Positions 1 to 13,149 of a stretch of DNA of 64,000 nt are shown here, in pieces. Made by a program: the position numbers and the translations under genes. Within the stretch, counting starts at the first letter, position 1. Every line of letters begins with the position of its first letter. Source of the stretch: Octopus vulgaris (lineage: Eukaryota); NCBI GenBank assembly GCA_951406725.2, contig OX597821.1, positions 34,782,001-34,846,000 of the forward strand. Reading direction: 5' to 3'. Below the pieces are notes generated by a model. The model was not told the origin of the DNA. It saw nothing but the letters and a program-made list of their open reading frames with translations, and made no database searches.

Positions 1-1631
1 AGAGAGATAGGTCTATAGTTCTTGGCTTCCGCTCTGCTACCTCCTTTATGAATGGGGCATATTTTACCTTCCTTCAGTTTTCCTGGAAGTTTGCCAGCTG
101 CAAGGAAGCTCTGAAAGAGGAACTGCAGTGGTCTTGCTAGGACTCTCTTACATGCTTTTAGGAGGATTGCCGGGAATCCATCGGGGCCAGTAGCTGAGTC
201 TGTTTTCATTTCATCTATAGCCTTGGTTACATCGTCTTCATTTATATCGATGTAATCTATCGTCGCCGCCTCTGATTTTATATCTGCAGTGGTAAAAAAG
301 TCAGTTGGATTGGTGATTTGGAGATGCCCAAGGGGTGGAGTGAAAACACTCTTGAATTGCTCATTCAGTATTTCACTTACCCTCATTGGTTTTCCTGTAA
401 GTGTGCCATCCTTTTCGAGGAGTGGCCCTATTCTACAGTGCACTGTAGCTGTTTCTTTGGCATACCTGTAGAAAGCTCTGGGGTTAGATTTTATGTTTTC
501 TATAGCCCAGGCTTCTTTGTCTGCTCTTTCTTTTTCATGGGAGAGTTGCAGACATTTTTCGATTTCCAACAGTTTTATTTTTAGGCGGGACTTTTCACTG
601 CTTTCAATCTGTTTGTTTAGGCGATTTGAAAATTTCGTACGCCGTCTCATTAAAATTTTCCTCTCTCTGGGGATTTTGTTCTTGTGTACAGTGGCCTTTC
701 TCTCTGGGACACATTTGTAGCATATCGCTTGCATTACAGACATGAATTGTTGAAGTTTCACGTCAATGTCTGTCGAGGAGAGACATTCAGGCCAGTTTTG
801 TTTGAGGATCTCTTTCTCAATTTGTTTCCAGTTTGCCTTATGGTAGTTCAAGCTGGAAAGATTTTGAGGGTTTCTTGTAGGCTGCATGTCCGTGCTCTCT
901 TTTGGCCCGTACATGGTCAGCTCTACCATGTTGTGATCCGAGAGTAGTGTCGGTGTCACTTTCACATTATGGATGAGATCCATGTCATTTGTGAAGCAGA
1001 GATCCAGTGTGTTACCTGCCCTGGTTGGTTGGAGTATTACCTGCTCCATGTACAGGGTGTTGATGAGGTTCAGGAGAGACCTCGCCTGTCCTCGTTCACA
1101 TCTTGTCATTCCTGGGAGAGAAAGGCCCTCGGGCCATCTGACATTGGGCAGATTGAAGTCTCCCATAAGAAGCACACCTATGTGTTGTTCTAATGTGGTT
1201 AGAATTTCTTCTATTTTTATAAGGCAGTCTTCGAACTTGCACACATGGCTTGGGGCATCTGGAGGGCGATATGTAGCACACACAACTACATCAAGTTGCC
1301 TAATATGTACAATTAGTGTGTCACACACCGAGTTTGAGTATGACAAGAGGACCTGGGGTGTGAGGTCCTCACGGATGTACATAGCAACACCTCCATGACT
1401 CCTTTCTTTCCTGTCGGTCCGTAGTACAGCATACTGTGGTATGTGTAACTCCGCATCTGCTATGTCCGGTTTCAGGTGCGTTTCTGTAAGTGCTATGCAT
1501 AAGGCTTGATTGCATGCAACAAAGTCTCTCAGGAACGGGATCTTTGTCCTGTTACTGAGTGTTTGCAGTCCTCTGATGTTCAGTAGGAGTATCGAGGTGA
1601 GGTGTACGTTGTTGTTGCCGGCGGTGTCCAT
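1..1631 (-). CDS. LINE ORF2: apurinic-like endonuclease plus start of reverse transcriptase (3'-partial)
   Basis: Manual translation from the ATG at 1631 gives MDTAGNNNVHLTSILLLNIRGL...ALTETHL...GGVAMY...YRPP...MGDFN...PTRAGNTLDLCFTN...SDHN...NPRAFYRYAK...LNEQFKSVFT...GPDGFPAILLK...PIHKGG...NYRPISL. No stop or frameshift was seen down to position 1. It is missing from the ORF track because it has no stop in the window. Confidence 0.93.
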   Translation of the reverse strand, partial: MDTAGNNNVHLTSILLLNIRGLQTLSNRTKIPFLRDFVACNQALCIALTETHLKPDIADAELHIPQYAVLRTDRKERSHGGVAMYIREDLTPQVLLSYSNSVCDTLIVHIRQLDVVVCATYRPPDAPSHVCKFEDCLIKIEEILTTLEQHIGVLLMGDFNLPNVRWPEGLSLPGMTRCERGQARSLLNLINTLYMEQVILQPTRAGNTLDLCFTNDMDLIHNVKVTPTLLSDHNMVELTMYGPKESTDMQPTRNPQNLSSLNYHKANWKQIEKEILKQNWPECLSSTDIDVKLQQFMSVMQAICYKCVPERKATVHKNKIPRERKILMRRRTKFSNRLNKQIESSEKSRLKIKLLEIEKCLQLSHEKERADKEAWAIENIKSNPRAFYRYAKETATVHCRIGPLLEKDGTLTGKPMRVSEILNEQFKSVFTPPLGHLQITNPTDFFTTADIKSEAATIDYIDINEDDVTKAIDEMKTDSATGPDGFPAILLKACKRVLARPLQFLFQSFLAAGKLPGKLKEGKICPIHKGGSRAEAKNYRPIS

Positions 1632-2494
1632 CCTGTGTCTGTTTGCTGTGGTGGTCTGGTATATAGTGGGTAGTCCCACCTGCGGGCTTGGGTTTGATGA
1701 AGCCAGGTCAGCTGCTGTACGATCTTTTGTGCCATGCACAAAAAAGATTGTTGCTCAGCAGCTGCTCTTTCGACAACATCATGTTGGCTGTTTGTGGCGC
1801 GCACAACATCTGCGTACCTCCGCTTTGGGGCAGGTGGTGCGTAGTCCATCCCTTTTCTTTGTGTTGATGGTTTGTCCATCTGCCTCGTGTCTCTGTGGCA
1901 GGGTCCACGATGTGCAAAGCGGCAGCCTGCACCTTCCTTTCCGTGCCAGCAGGAACCTCTCAGGTAGAACATACACACCCGTGTGCGCTGTTTGGTTCCA
2001 TCCTTTGCGGTTCCACTTCTACTCCTGGTTGTTTCTCTGTTTGGTCCTGCTTGAGCTTTTTCTTTTCCTTTAGCTCTTCCAGTCCTTCTTTTAGTTCTTC
2101 TTCCTCCCTCTACCTCTTCACCGGGTTCTCCGTCTCTATGGCCCTTGCTGCCGGTTGGAGAACTTGCACCTGGGTTCACTTCCCGGGCAGGTTTCTCATT
2201 CAAAACCTCCTCCTGGGCGTCCACCAGGTGGGGGTGACTTCTTTCATCGTCTCCATTCTTGCCATCTTTGCTCCGCTCGTTCTCAAAGATGGCATCAAGT
2301 GCGCCAATGTGCGACCGTACAAGCGCATATGAGCGCACGAATTCCTGTCTCTTTCGCTCCATCTGAGCCGCTGTCCTCTTGTAGCCTCTGCTCTTCAGCG
2401 CAGCCGCAATCACCTCGCTAGGGCTATCTCCGCCGGCGCACTCCCATGCTCGTACAAATAAATCCAGCTCGTCACGTCTCCATGCTCTGGACAT
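1580..2494 (-). CDS. LINE ORF1, 304 aa, with N-terminal Myb/SANT-like (trihelix) motif, basic disordered linker and CCCH zinc finger
   Basis: WRRDELDLFVRAW...IAAALKSRGYKRTAAQMERKRQEFVRSY fits the trihelix/Myb_DNA-bind_4 pattern. CMFYLRGSCWHGKEGAGCRFAH is C-x7-C-x8-C-x3-H. The ORF overlaps the ORF2 start by 52 nt. Confidence 0.8.
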   Translation of the reverse strand: MSRAWRRDELDLFVRAWECAGGDSPSEVIAAALKSRGYKRTAAQMERKRQEFVRSYALVRSHIGALDAIFENERSKDGKNGDDERSHPHLVDAQEEVLNEKPAREVNPGASSPTGSKGHRDGEPGEEVEGGRRTKRRTGRAKGKEKAQAGPNRETTRSRSGTAKDGTKQRTRVCMFYLRGSCWHGKEGAGCRFAHRGPCHRDTRQMDKPSTQRKGMDYAPPAPKRRYADVVRATNSQHDVVERAAAEQQSFLCMAQKIVQQLTWLHQTQARRWDYPLYTRPPQQTDTGWTPPATTTYTSPRYSY

Positions 2495-2606
2495 GCTGGA
2501 TAATCCGTCTATCCGTTTATCTATCTAATTATGTTCGAGAGAAGACAGGAAGATATTATAATTAGAAGATAGAGTACTTGAAAAAGAAATATTAACATAT
2601 TAAAGT

Positions 2607-2976
<370 letters not shown>

Positions 2977-3019
2977 TAAGAAATGGTATTAAATGCAGGT
3001 GCTATTCAAATGTTTATAC

Positions 3020-3106
3020 TTCCGCTATATGTTTCGAAGAAAACATTGCTATTATTCCTGAGGTAATAAAATGATGTAAAACAATGTCATCATCTCGCCA
3101 GGGAGA
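3020..3106 (-). ncRNA. Degenerate type-I hammerhead ribozyme-like motif with long stem II
   Basis: Minus strand reads UUCUCC-CUGGCGA-GAUGAUGACAUUG...CAAUGUUUUCUUC-GAAA-CAUAUAGC-GGAAG, with core substitutions. A related copy lies at about 28920-29005. Confidence 0.4.
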
Positions 3107-3414
3107 AAAAAGAAAAAGGAACAAACCATATGAATAAGCCACTTTAATCGAATGTGATTACCGGTGTGTACGATGAACGCGTTTACCGTTGCAAACATTG
3201 GTAAAAGCTTACCCTTCGTTCCTATATGTAGTTTAGCAATCTACAAAATTCAACTTTTGACTGTCTTCTTACATTTCATTTCCGCTACATATATCTATTG
3301 AAACGCCTTTAAGCATTATTTCTTCTCATCTGTTGTACTATATTTCTTCACTCTTAATTTTCTGTTAATTTCTTTCTTTCTCCTCCTTGCCTTTCTTTAC
3401 ATTGCCTTTACTCT

Positions 3415-3628
3415 TTTAACGCTTTTACTTGTTTCAGTCATTTGACTGCGGCCATGCTGGAGCACCGCCTTTAGTCGAGCAACTCGACCCCGGGACTTAT
3501 TCTTTGTAAGCCTAGTACTTATTCTATCGGTCTCTTTTGCCGAACCGCTAAGTGACGGGGACATAAACACACCAGCATCGGTTGTCAAGCAATGCTAGGG
3601 GGACAAACACAGACACACACACACGCAC

Positions 3629-3685
<57 letters not shown>

Positions 3686-3850
3686 CGACGGGCTTCTTTC
3701 AGTTTCCGTCTACCAAATCCACTCACAAGGCATTGGTCGGCCCGAGGCTATAGTAGAAGACACTTGCCCAAGATGCGACGCAGTGGGACAGAACCCGGAA
3801 CCATGTGGTTGGTAAGCAAGCTACTTACCACACAGCCAATCCTGCGCCTA
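3415..3850 (-). mobile_element. tRNA-derived SINE family 1 (internal CA/TA microsatellite, GAGTAAAA-type tail)
   Basis: Head GGCGCAGGATTGGCTGTGTGGTAAG...GGTTCTGTCCC has box A/B-like motifs; many near-identical copies in the window. Confidence 0.88.
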
Positions 3851-4245
3851 TGACGTTAAATCTATTAAGGGTGTTTTAAAAAATAACTTGCCAGCGTTCC
3901 CTTCATCATATACGCGGTAATCACATTCGGTTAAAATGGCTTATTGAAATGGTTTGTTTCTCATTTTTCCTTGACGAGATGATTAAATTGTTTTATATCA
4001 TTTACACCCTCAGGTATGATACCAATGTTTTCATCGAAACATATGTCAAAAGTATAACACCCGCGTTAGCTCCATTTCTTAATTTATCTATGTAATACAA
4101 AAACATTTCACTAAACCCTGGAACTTCTACCTTTATAAGTGCCAAGGCTGTAACATCCTTTGCACTTTTGAGAATTTTTGCTACCCTGGTAACTATTTAT
4201 TTTTTCCGTGTTATTTGTACACATTATAAAAAATAAACATACATT

Positions 4246-4303
<58 letters not shown>

Positions 4304-4792
4304 TGTGTGTGTGTGTATGCGTGCGTGTACATACATACATTCATTCATATATCTATGCAACCATATTCATTCATATATGTATGTTCTTTCCTTTATTAGT
4401 TCATTGTCCATTTCCCTTCTCTGGAACCTCTTTCAAAGGTTTCAGCCAATCAAATTGACAAAAATCACAACGTCACGTACTTTTGCACAATACAGCGTTT
4501 TTCTTTTAAATGTTGTTATAAGCGATGGACTTATTTCCTAATCGTTGTCGATCAAATCCAATGATACCCCTTTATTTTACTATTTTATTTGTGGGTCCCT
4601 TGATGATTGTATATTTCATTGTTTGACCTATAGCTTCTTCTCTCAGATGCGAAATCCTTCGTCTTTTATTTTTTACTTGTTTCAGTCGTGAAGGGTTTTA
4701 TTCGAACAAATCGACACCAGGACATATTTTTTAAAGCCTGACACTTATTCATTTGGTCACTTTACCGAACCACTAACTTAAGAGGACCTAAA

Positions 4793-5168
4793 AACGACGA
4801 CGCCGTGGTGATCTCATTCTTGCTCACAACATCATAAGCGGAAAGTGTAACCTCTCGAAAGAGCTGTTCTTCACTCCTGCTCCAGAGCGTCGGCTGTGGG
4901 GTCACTCCGAAAAGCTCTATCTGCGACGATTTCATCTCAATCGAAGGAGAGGGGCTTTCTCCGTCCGGGTTGCGGATCCGTGGAATAAGCTGGCGGACGA
5001 GATAGTGATGATGCCGACGACTGCTCGGTTCAAAGTCTCCCTTGACCACAAGTGGCCTGAACTCTTTACATGAACACCACCCTGTACATAACTCCATGTC
5101 TCCCTACATGGCCTTGCTTTTTGCTTTTTGAGCCAAAAAATTAACTAACTAACTAACTAACTAACTAA
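4793..5168 (+). mobile_element. 5'-truncated CR1 LINE 3' end with (AACT)n tail, nested in a family-1 SINE (about 4665-5402, minus strand)
   Basis: Plus frame RRRRGDLILAHNIISG...GHSEKLYLRRFHLNRRRGAFSVRVADPWNKL...FKVSLD is the typical CR1 ORF2 C-terminus. SINE sequence resumes on both sides. Confidence 0.85.
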
Positions 5169-5685
5169 CAGCAACGTCGGTTATCAAGCGGTGGCGGCGG
5201 ACAAACGGTCAGATAGACAGACAGACACACACATATGCGAAGGGTTTCTTTCAGTTTCCGTCTACCAAATCCACCCGAAAGGCTTTGTTCGGCCCGAGGC
5301 TATAGTAGAGGACACTTGCCCAGGGTGCCATGCAGTGGGACTGAGCCCGGAATCATGTGGTTGGGCAGTAACTTTATTACCACACAAACACGCCTGCGCC
5401 TATGTAAATGCTTTGCTGGAAGATGTTAGATGTAACTCCGTGCAAGTCTTTTCCCACTTCTCATCATAATAATGTGTTTCTCCGCCTTACTATCAAACCT
5501 TCCCGCAACAACGAAATACAGTGAGCGATGCGTAGTAACGTTCGCAAGTCCTAAGAAGGAGTAGTTACCTAGTTACTTCCCTTCTACGTAATTTTCAAAG
5601 GGTCACTGAATCAACTTTATTAGACCCCGAGCCAGACGTTGTTCGTGTTGCACTTCAAGTGCCAAACAATACATACAAGGGGGTA

Positions 5686-5730
<45 letters not shown>

Positions 5731-5878
5731 TATTTCTATTTCCATGTCTAGTTATATTTGCAATATATTATGTATAATGTTATTGCTGTTATGTAATGGT
5801 GTAATAAAGTATTGATTGGGTATTATCTGATGGTTGATGATTGATTTAAGTATGTTTCTCCATTTTCTCATTTTGTGT

Positions 5879-5938
<60 letters not shown>

Positions 5939-6169
5939 GTGTGTGTGTGTGTATGTGTGTGTGTGTGTGTATGTATTGGTATCAGATAGAGGGGATTAAT
6001 ACCTATAAGGGATAATTAAATCCAAAGTCGCTCCTGGTTATTACTTGGGTAGATACAGTATTTTGTAAGGTTGTACGGTAGCAGGTGGTTCGGTTGGTAA
6101 ACCGGAGTTTAGGTTATATAGAAGAAAATGGATGTAAAAGGGGAAACTCGTGACACAGTTATTCATATG

Positions 6170-6254
6170 CAAATACATATATGCATATACATACATACAT
6201 ACATACGTACATATATATATACATACATACGTACATATATATATACATACATAC

Positions 6255-6287
<33 letters not shown>

Positions 6288-6443
6288 CATACATACATAT
6301 ATATATACATATATACATATATATATATACATATATATATACATACATATATATATACATACATATATATATACATACATACATATATATATACATACAT
6401 ATATATATACATACATACATATATACATACATACATATATATA

Positions 6444-6479
<36 letters not shown>

Positions 6480-6500
6480 TATATATACATCCTGCATATA
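6170..6500. repeat. Compound (TACA)n/(TA)n microsatellite
   Basis: Directly visible. Confidence 0.95.
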
Positions 6501-6584
6501 TAATGATTTGACGAGTGAATACTCATCGGTACAATCGACGGAGGACCCATTCATGTATAATTCGCATAAACACTGACACATGCA

Positions 6585-6656
<72 letters not shown>

Positions 6657-6871
6657 GATCGATCAATCGATCTACCTACCTACCTGGTATCAGCTCTATC
6701 TACTCCCCACTCTGCTTGACACTAGTACATTATATTCAACCTAACACACTGTCATGTAAACACACAGACAGTGAAACACACACACACGCTCTCTCTCTCT
6801 CTCTTTCTATCAACACACATACACACGCACAGCGACGCAGTCACTCACGCACTTATACAGACCCAGACCCT

Positions 6872-6931
<60 letters not shown>

Positions 6932-7210
6932 CAACCACCACATACACCCCACCACAAATTATTCAGCGAACTCGAAGACGAATTCTGGAAGACTGTCGGT
7001 GCTATAAATATCACCTTCAGACAAAGCAAACTGGGAAACTGTTCAAAGAAATTTTCCATTATTTTTTTCGACTAAAAGAAAATAATTACTTACGGTTACA
7101 AATTTGTGTATTTTTAAGTTCGTTACATAGTTCCATATAGGATTATGGACATAGCTTTGTTCTTAGAGCAGCTGTCATTGAGTAAAAACGAGGAGCAAAA
7201 TTTACCTTGG

Positions 7211-7990
7211 CCAGGATGCGAATTTTCTTTCCCACGAGAGTTCCGGACCCTAGTAATGAAATCATTTGCATGCAGCCAATCAGAGGTCACCTTGACCTTG
7301 TTGTCAAGTTGACAGACACACTCTACCTATTTCTTTACTACCCACAAGGTGCTAAACACAGAGGAGACAAACAAGGACAGACAGACGGACTAAGTCGATT
7401 ACATCGACCCCAGTGCGTAACTGGTACTTAATTCATCGACCCCGAAAGGATGAAAAGCAAAGTCGACCTCGGCGGAATTTGAACGGAACGGTAGACGAAA
7501 TACGGCTACGCATTTCGCCCGGCGTGCTAACGTTTCTGCCAGCTCGCCGCTTTGCACACTCTACCAAGTGCGTTGTAAGTCGACCGATCGCCAAGTTATG
7601 CCTGATTTTAGAAGGAGACAGGTAATTAGATTTTCGTCTATACCTATTATCGGATTTTGTTAGGGCCCCATATAGTAAACATGTGGAAGGGAAAAATGTG
7701 GGAAGAGGATGATGTGCTGGCAATACGCCACTTTATCGTTTTAGAAAGTAAACAACAACACAAATAACTACGCAGAGGTAGCCATGGTTGAAACAAGAAC
7801 AAGATCAAGAAGCATTTTTAAAAGAGAAAAGACGCATGGTCATTCCTTACCCAAGTGACCTTATCTTATCGCCCATCACTTGTTATGGGGCTCATAAATC
7901 AGTCTGATAGTTGAACTCTGATTGGCTGTATGCAAATGAGTTCATAACTGGGGTCCGGAACTCACGTGAGAAAAACATTTCGCGGCCGGG
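7211..7990. repeat. Imperfect inverted repeat pair of about 80 bp (7211-7297 and 7910-7990), each with octamer and CCAAT motifs; possible TIRs of a non-autonomous element
   Basis: GTTCCGGACCCTAGTAATGAAATCATTTGCATGCAGCCAATCAGAG versus CTCTGATTGGCTGTATGCAAATGAGTTCATAACTGGGGTCCGGAAC. Confidence 0.65.
7325..7552 (-). mobile_element. tRNA-derived SINE family 2 (Meta-domain-like core)
   Basis: Core GTCGACTTTGCTTTTCATCCTTTCGGGGTCGAT...AAGTACCAG resembles the MetaSINE central domain. Many further copies, e.g. 8960-9125, 10565-10790, 11160-11360, 19215-19370, 20335-20715, 21790-22000, 24420-25070, 30565-30995, 34430-34660, 49180-49395, 52890-53090, 55290-55500. Confidence 0.8.
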
Positions 7991-8086
7991 ATCGAACTCA
8001 CAACGTAGAGTGCAGTAAATAAATACCGTTATGAATTTTCCAGTGTTCTACCGATTCAGCCAGCAATACACACTCCCATGCACATA

Positions 8087-8152
<66 letters not shown>

Positions 8153-8802
8153 CACGCGTTGTGTATGCATATGTGTGTGCACGCGTTGTGTATGAATATA
8201 CGTGCGTCGGTATGTGATAGTGTGCATGCGAGGAAATGCATGTGTTTATGTGTACGTGTGCAAGTGTGTGTGTGCATGCGCGTGTGTAAATGTGTGTGCA
8301 TTTGCGTATGTGTGTGTGTGTGTGTGCGTGCATGCAATTGTGTGGATGTATGTAGCGTTTGTGTATTTGCGTGTGAGTGAGTTTGTGTGTGTATGTTGTG
8401 TGTGTGTGTAAGACTTTGTGTGCATTTGTGTATCAGTATGTACGTGCATGCGTGCATGGGTGCATGGGTGCATGGGTGCGTGCGTGCGTGTATGCATGTG
8501 GCGGGTGGGTGCACTCACGCGTGCATTAAAATAAAAACAAAATATTCTCACGTTGAAATTCAATACGCGTAGTAAAATTTTACTTTTCCATTGTATTTCA
8601 AATATAAAAAAAATGAAATCAACTAAAAATCAATTGGAAAAAATCGATAAAATCAACTTTGTTATCGATTAATAATCCATTGCAAGCTAGCTGTATATAG
8701 CTTCGGTTTATAGACTGTCTTCCTACAACCACTATCAACCAGCCATCATTATCGATATCGCAACTACAACCACCACCACCACCACCACCACCACCGCGCC
8801 CA

Positions 8803-8839
<37 letters not shown>

Positions 8840-9424
8840 GCTGCTGTTGCTGCTGGAGCCGTTGCTGCCACCGCCACCACCACTGTTATGAATATTGATA
8901 CCACGAAGTGGTTTACGTCAGACCACACTTGCTCCTGTTGCTTTTAGTGACTATCAAAGCGGCGAAGTGACAGAGTCATTGGTGCGTCGGACTAAATGCT
9001 TAGCGGCATTTCTTCCGGTTCTTAACGCTCTGATCTCAAATCCAACCGACGTCACCTTTACTTTTCATCATTTCGGGGTCGATAAAATAAGTACCAGTTA
9101 AGCACTGGGGTCGATGTCATCGACTTACGTTTCTCTCCTCCACCACCACCACCACAACAACAACGTAGGGAGGGGCTTAGTTTCCTTTTTACCGCAAATG
9201 ACCATAAGGTCCATTCGTGTTAATTACCTGTAATGATCATGAATTCCATACACCCTAATTATGCCTCCCTTAAAACATAGCCCCCCCCCCCCTTTTTACA
9301 CCCTCCACTACTCTGTATATTTTAACATTTCCCACTTGTTTATGGATGCAGTTTGTTTTGTTGGTTACGATGGTGTGATTCGTTTCAGTTCGTGAATGAG
9401 GGTGTTGAGAGATAGACGACTTGT

Positions 9425-9885
9425 TAATCTCTTCTTCTTACAGCATTCACCTGGGGTGGGTTGAGCTGGCTTCATTCATCCTCAATGCTGCATCTCTCAC
9501 AAACGCCGACCAGGCCTGGCGATTTGAGGCTAACGACCGCGTGATCTCCAACCACTCCTTATTCCAGCGGCGAACGCCGTAGATATGGGGGCCTAGGTTG
9601 GGTTCCAGATCAGCCTTGACTGTCATCAGCCAGGTTTTTCGTTGTCCACCACATCGCTTTCGCCAACCCTGAAGGGGAGCTGGGGCAATTGTTTCGTAGA
9701 TGAATTCTCCTGGTTGACGACGGAGGGCATGACCCAGCCAACGCAGAAGTCTCGTTAGGATGACTTGTCGGAGGGAGGTGATTCTGCACTGGTGTCGCAC
9801 CGAATTGTTGGAGACAAAGTGATGCTATCGGACACGAAGGATGCGACGTAGACAGAGGTGACCGAAGGATTCTAGTCGCTTAATA
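9425..9885 (-). mobile_element. RTE-clade LINE 3' fragment
   Basis: RLLRWLGHALRRQ...WRKRCGGQRKTWLMTVKADL...ASNRQAWSAFV is an RTE ORF C-terminal signature; short AAG-repeat tail follows. Confidence 0.8.
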
Positions 9886-12741
9886 TACTGGGTTACATGA
9901 CTTGTTAATATATCTTGGCGAAGGTAACATTCACCATTGCTATTGTTGTTGAAGAAACAAATAACTAATAAACACTTTCACAGTTTCCTATCAGAGAATC
10001 ATATAACCAGTTACATATTGAAAGAGAGAGAGAGAGCGAGTGGGGGAGACAGAAAAGGTGAGAGAGAAGGAGGAGTGAGTGACAGAAAGAGAGAGAAAAG
10101 GAGAGAGACAGGCAGCAGGAAGAGATAATGGAAGGTGAGTGATACAGATGTATGCTATACTTGTTTCAAAATAGAAGAGAATTTGAGAAGATGCCAAAAG
10201 ATTACGTTCAAATCTCTACAAGATCTAGCTTCCAAATATTGTTGGCAACAAAGAAAACAAGGTACAAAGCAAACAAGCTAGCAAATATTCGGATAAAAAA
10301 CAACAGACCATGCATATAACAAGCAAACGAACAAAAACTAATAAAAACTTAGGTCGTGTATGATAAAACCGCCAAGTGGAATGAATTAGTCTCGGACCCT
10401 TTGATAAATATATATTTCTATGGAAGGTTAGCAGAAGAATTGTCAGAAACGGTAAAGTGTAGAACTAACAAAATCTGACATATTTGATCTGACTGAATAT
10501 TTCACTGTTTGTCATCTTATTTCCATTACTATAAAGTGTCGTTCAAAACAAATATCTGTTATAATGGTTTCAAATTTTGGCCCAAAGCCAGTAACTTCGG
10601 AAGAGGGAATAAGTTGATTGCATCGATCCCAGTGATCTACCAGTGCTTATTTTATCGAACTTCGAAACGATGAAAGACAAAGTTGACCTCGGCCGAATTT
10701 GAACTCAGAAAGTAAAGAGGAACAAAATGCCGAAACACGGTTGAGCATTTTGCCCGGTGTGATAACGATTCTGCTAACTCGACGCCTTAAGTGTCTGTTA
10801 TATTATGGTTTCCATTCACTAGACTCATATCTATCACGGTAACAATACTCATGCTTTACTAAAGAGCATCTTAGGAATACTGACCGGTGAATCGTGTGCT
10901 GTAGTTTAGCAACAGGTCCATTCCGATCGAAGAGACAAATGGTCAAATGTAATTTCTGGCCATACCATATTTTTAAAGATAACTAAAGCAATAGAATTTT
11001 CTAGATGATCAAGTGTCTATATAAAAGCTTCCTTGTCGTTGCTCTTGTTTAGCTCCGGATGAATACAGACAAAACTAATTTATTATCTAAGGCATTCCAA
11101 CAATGACCATCCTGTATTTTAGTAAAGATAATAGATTTAGGACAATATTATTTTATGTTATAAGCACAAGGCCTGAAAGTTTGCGTGAGTAGGCTAGTCG
11201 ATAACATAAACCCCGGTACTCAATTGGTACTTATTCTATCGACCCTGTACAGATGAAATGCAAAGTCGATCACGGCGGAATATGAACTCAGAACGTAAAA
11301 CCGGAAAAAGGCTACTAAGCATTTTGTCCGGCATGTTAACTATTCTGTCAGCTCGCCACTTTTATTTAGGACTATATTATACAATAAACCCTTGGTTTGT
11401 AAGGCAGAAAGCTATAATTTGAGTGAGAAATGGTTGCAATTCGAGCGACCACGTTAAAAGCCCACTCGTATCATGTGTAAATAAGTTACTGAAAATGTTG
11501 GTTGCGGAAGCAGCAACCTAAACGATAACAATGAAATTCAACCTTCCAATAACATTTTACTGTCTTAAAATAAATGTTAAAGCATGTAGGATAATGTGGT
11601 TCCAGATAAACAGCTATGTTTGCTAAAATAATGGAGGGATGGTTACGGCCGGAAAGTTTTCGCTAAAGGTCTGCTCGATCAAGGTTGACCTACAGCTTAC
11701 CACCACCACCACCACCACCAACCACCAACTACCCACGACGACGACCACCACCACCACAACCACCACCACAACCACCAACAACTACTACTACTACTACTAT
11801 ATAGTATTAAATACAATATGCTCCCAAAACAAGGAAATGGTCACGAATGTAATGCCTGATGAGAGAGTGATCGATCGGAGCTAACCTGGTCGCCAAACAA
11901 CAACAACAACAACATCATCATCACCATCACCATCACCATCATCATCAATAGCAACCACAACACTGCCGACAACGTGTTCTTTTACAACTCCCCCACTGTC
12001 TATGTCTGAGAATTTCATTTCTTCAAAATCTATGTCATGTTTTACGCAACGTTTGTTTTTTCCTCTTTTATATATTTTTTCATTATTTCTTCAAACACCC
12101 ACATATCATCCATATTGAAGCTATTTGTTTTATCTAATTTCCACTTCCATTTTAGCAAAAAAAAAAAAAATTATAAAAATAAAAGAAAAAAGACGAAACC
12201 TAGACAAAAACAATACAAAACAAAAAACGAACGCATTGTACCCATATTCAAACAATTCTTCAATTCTTGAAATAATAACCAGAACATTTTTATATTACAT
12301 GTCTGCTCTTCATACAATATAACAGGAAACGAAAACTGAACTCTTTCATCAACAAGTTCATTCTTCTTTGAATTCTGTAGTTGTGACTCATGGAATTGAA
12401 CGTGGGCTGACGTTATATTTAATGTTGGCAACGCTTCGGGTATTGTGCAATTACTCTCCAGTTTCGCTGTCTTTAGCAGTGTTGCTTGCAATAGGTAACG
12501 TTCTTTCAGTTTTAGCTGCTGTACAGATTAAATATCGCCCAACAAAAATGATAAATGCTATCGGTACGGACAGGACACTGTTGTGTGGTTAAAAAGCGCA
12601 CATTGCAATCACGTGGTTTCGGGTTCGGTCCTACTGCGTGGCACCTTGGGACCTAGGGCCAGTGTTCTGTACTATAGCAGCTACGGTACGACTAATTCCT
12701 TGTGAGTGAATTTGATAGACAGAAACTGTATGGAAGACTGT

Positions 12742-12778
<37 letters not shown>

Positions 12779-12841
12779 ATGCATGTATATGTGTATATGT
12801 ATATATATATATATATGTATACATATATATAGGAATGCATT

Positions 12842-12872
<31 letters not shown>

Positions 12873-13004
12873 ACATATATGTATACATATATGTATACAT
12901 ACTGATGCTGAACTTTCAAATCCCACAATCTAACTCGACAAATATATGCAGTTCTCTCATTCTTTCACACACACGCACGCGCAAGCACACACAGAGTGAG
13001 TGAA

Positions 13005-13043
<39 letters not shown>

Positions 13044-13088
13044 AAAAGAGAGAGAGAGAAAGAGAGAGAGAGAAAGAGAAGAGAGAGA

Positions 13089-13143
<55 letters not shown>
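13005..13143. repeat. (GA)n microsatellite
   Basis: Directly visible. Confidence 0.95.

Positions 13144-13149
<6 letters not shown>

Larger units (their letters stand above)
1..2606 (-). mobile_element. CR1-group non-LTR retrotransposon (LINE), 5' portion: short 5'UTR, ORF1 and ORF2; continues beyond the window start
   Basis: Two overlapping minus-strand ORFs. ORF2 carries APE endonuclease and early RT motifs. GC content is much higher than the flanks, and the 5' end abuts a (TA)n tract at about 2607. Confidence 0.93.

Noticed and set aside
289-2421. Plus-strand ORFs of 60-187 aa
   Set aside because: Antisense shadows of the LINE ORF1 and ORF2.
12171-12525. Minus-strand ORF or possible terminal exon after ctgtacag
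   Set aside because: No recognisable domain and the frame is ambiguous; cannot be tied to the gene without transcripts.
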